Shown piece after piece: positions 62,963-64,000 of a stretch of 64,000 nucleotides of DNA. The stretch is from Azolla caroliniana (taxonomy: Eukaryota; Plantae; Polypodiophyta), in assembly GCA_043228905.1 (NCBI GenBank), contig JBHGNT010000002.1, positions 13,454,001-13,518,000 of the forward strand. Reading direction: 5' to 3'. Every line of letters starts with the position of its first letter. Positions within the stretch are counted from its first letter, which is position 1. The notes below the pieces were generated by a model. That model worked only from the letters and a program-made list of their open reading frames with translations, searched no databases and was not told the DNA's origin. The position numbers were made by a program, and so were the translations under genes.

Positions 62963-64000
62963 TTGAGTATAACTTGTTAAATCGGCAAGCACCACCGGTT
63001 TGGCAAATTGAACCACGAAGAAACCGGGATGAAGAAGAAGAACGCTGGCGGCGAGAGGAGTGCTATCGGCCAGCACAAGATGTCCGGTACAACGATCGAA
63101 GAGACACTTATGACCGGTATGACATACAGGATAGATACTGAGACTATAATGGACGGTACGAGAGATACAACCAGGATCACTCCCCTGGTTGCAACCAACG
63201 ACGGGACGACTATGGCAAGTATGACGACCAGCCCCATCAAGGTTACCGAAACAAAAAGAATTTCAACAAGAAACGTCATTTGAACAAAAAGGGGGGTCAT
63301 CCACGGGAACCGGAAAAGGGCGCTCCAAGCAGCCAACTGGACCAAAACTAAGCACTTACCACAGGACCTCAACTGGGGGCGGGCGCAAACGCCGAATGCA
63401 GCAACACCCGGAAGGCGTATTGCTATTATTGCCGACAGGAAGGTCACTATAGTAACCAATGTCCGACGAAGAGCTACGACAAGCGACCAACAATGAACAT
63501 GGTAGATGCGGAAGTCGCGGACTTACAACAAGTCACTACAAGATCAAAAGGCAAAACCACGGAGTGGGAAACTCAAGAAGCTATCCGGAAGCAGGCAACC
63601 AAATGGGTGAAGAAGGCAAACGAGCGGAATGTAGTAGAGCTCGAACAACAAAAGCAGAATGCCGAAGAGCTCACCGGCCTGGGGCAGCCCAAAAACCCAA
63701 CATGGCAGGCGTTACAAGAATGCCAAATAATGCTGCCGTTAGGCCGGCTATTGCAACTGGTACCATGCTTCACGGAAGGACTAAAGACAGGAAGGACGAC
63801 AGCCGACACGCCACCGGCTCCCGCATTCTTTTCAAATCTGGAGGAAGGACCGACAGTGGTAGACATGAGCAGTCTGGCCATCACAGCCATCGTGAAAGGA
63901 AAAGAGCTACCTGGCACGATTATCGATGGAGGATCTGATGTGAACGTGATCAGCCTCCGAAGGTGTAACACTCTAGGAATCCATGATTGGGAACCATGCC
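62963..64000 (+). mobile_element. Ty3/gypsy gag-protease fragment related to the element at 25281
   Basis: EYNLLN, R/D/Y-rich tract, CYYCRQEGHYSNQC, QVTTRSKGK, IIDGGSDVNVI; runs off the window end. Confidence 0.88.

Overview
Eukaryotic land-plant DNA. A non-seed plant (fern, lycophyte or bryophyte) is likely, inferred from Tcn1/Tf1-type chromoviruses and a Sola2-like transposase. Bases 1-35 kb are a nested, mostly decayed stack of Ty1/copia and Ty3/gypsy LTR retrotransposons. Part of the stack lies in an older sequence marked by TAGCTAATTAGCTA palindrome arrays, which carries a decayed spliced RING-like gene. One intact host gene is present: a 14-exon ABC1/AarF atypical kinase (ABC1K2/At5g24970-like, + strand, 38184-59407, about 741 aa), with copia insertions in three introns. 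The 3' end holds an inverted pair of chromovirus 3' ends (a fold-back), a Sola2-like transposase remnant and a gypsy gag-protease fragment. The most unusual signals are: (1) tRNA-like A-box/B-box modules with tRNA spacing, antisense in the U3 of three unrelated LTRs; (2) Tf1-style self-priming PBS/5'-end complementarity in two of those LTRs; (3) the outward-facing inverted LTR pair. All coordinates and family calls were read by eye; no searches were run.
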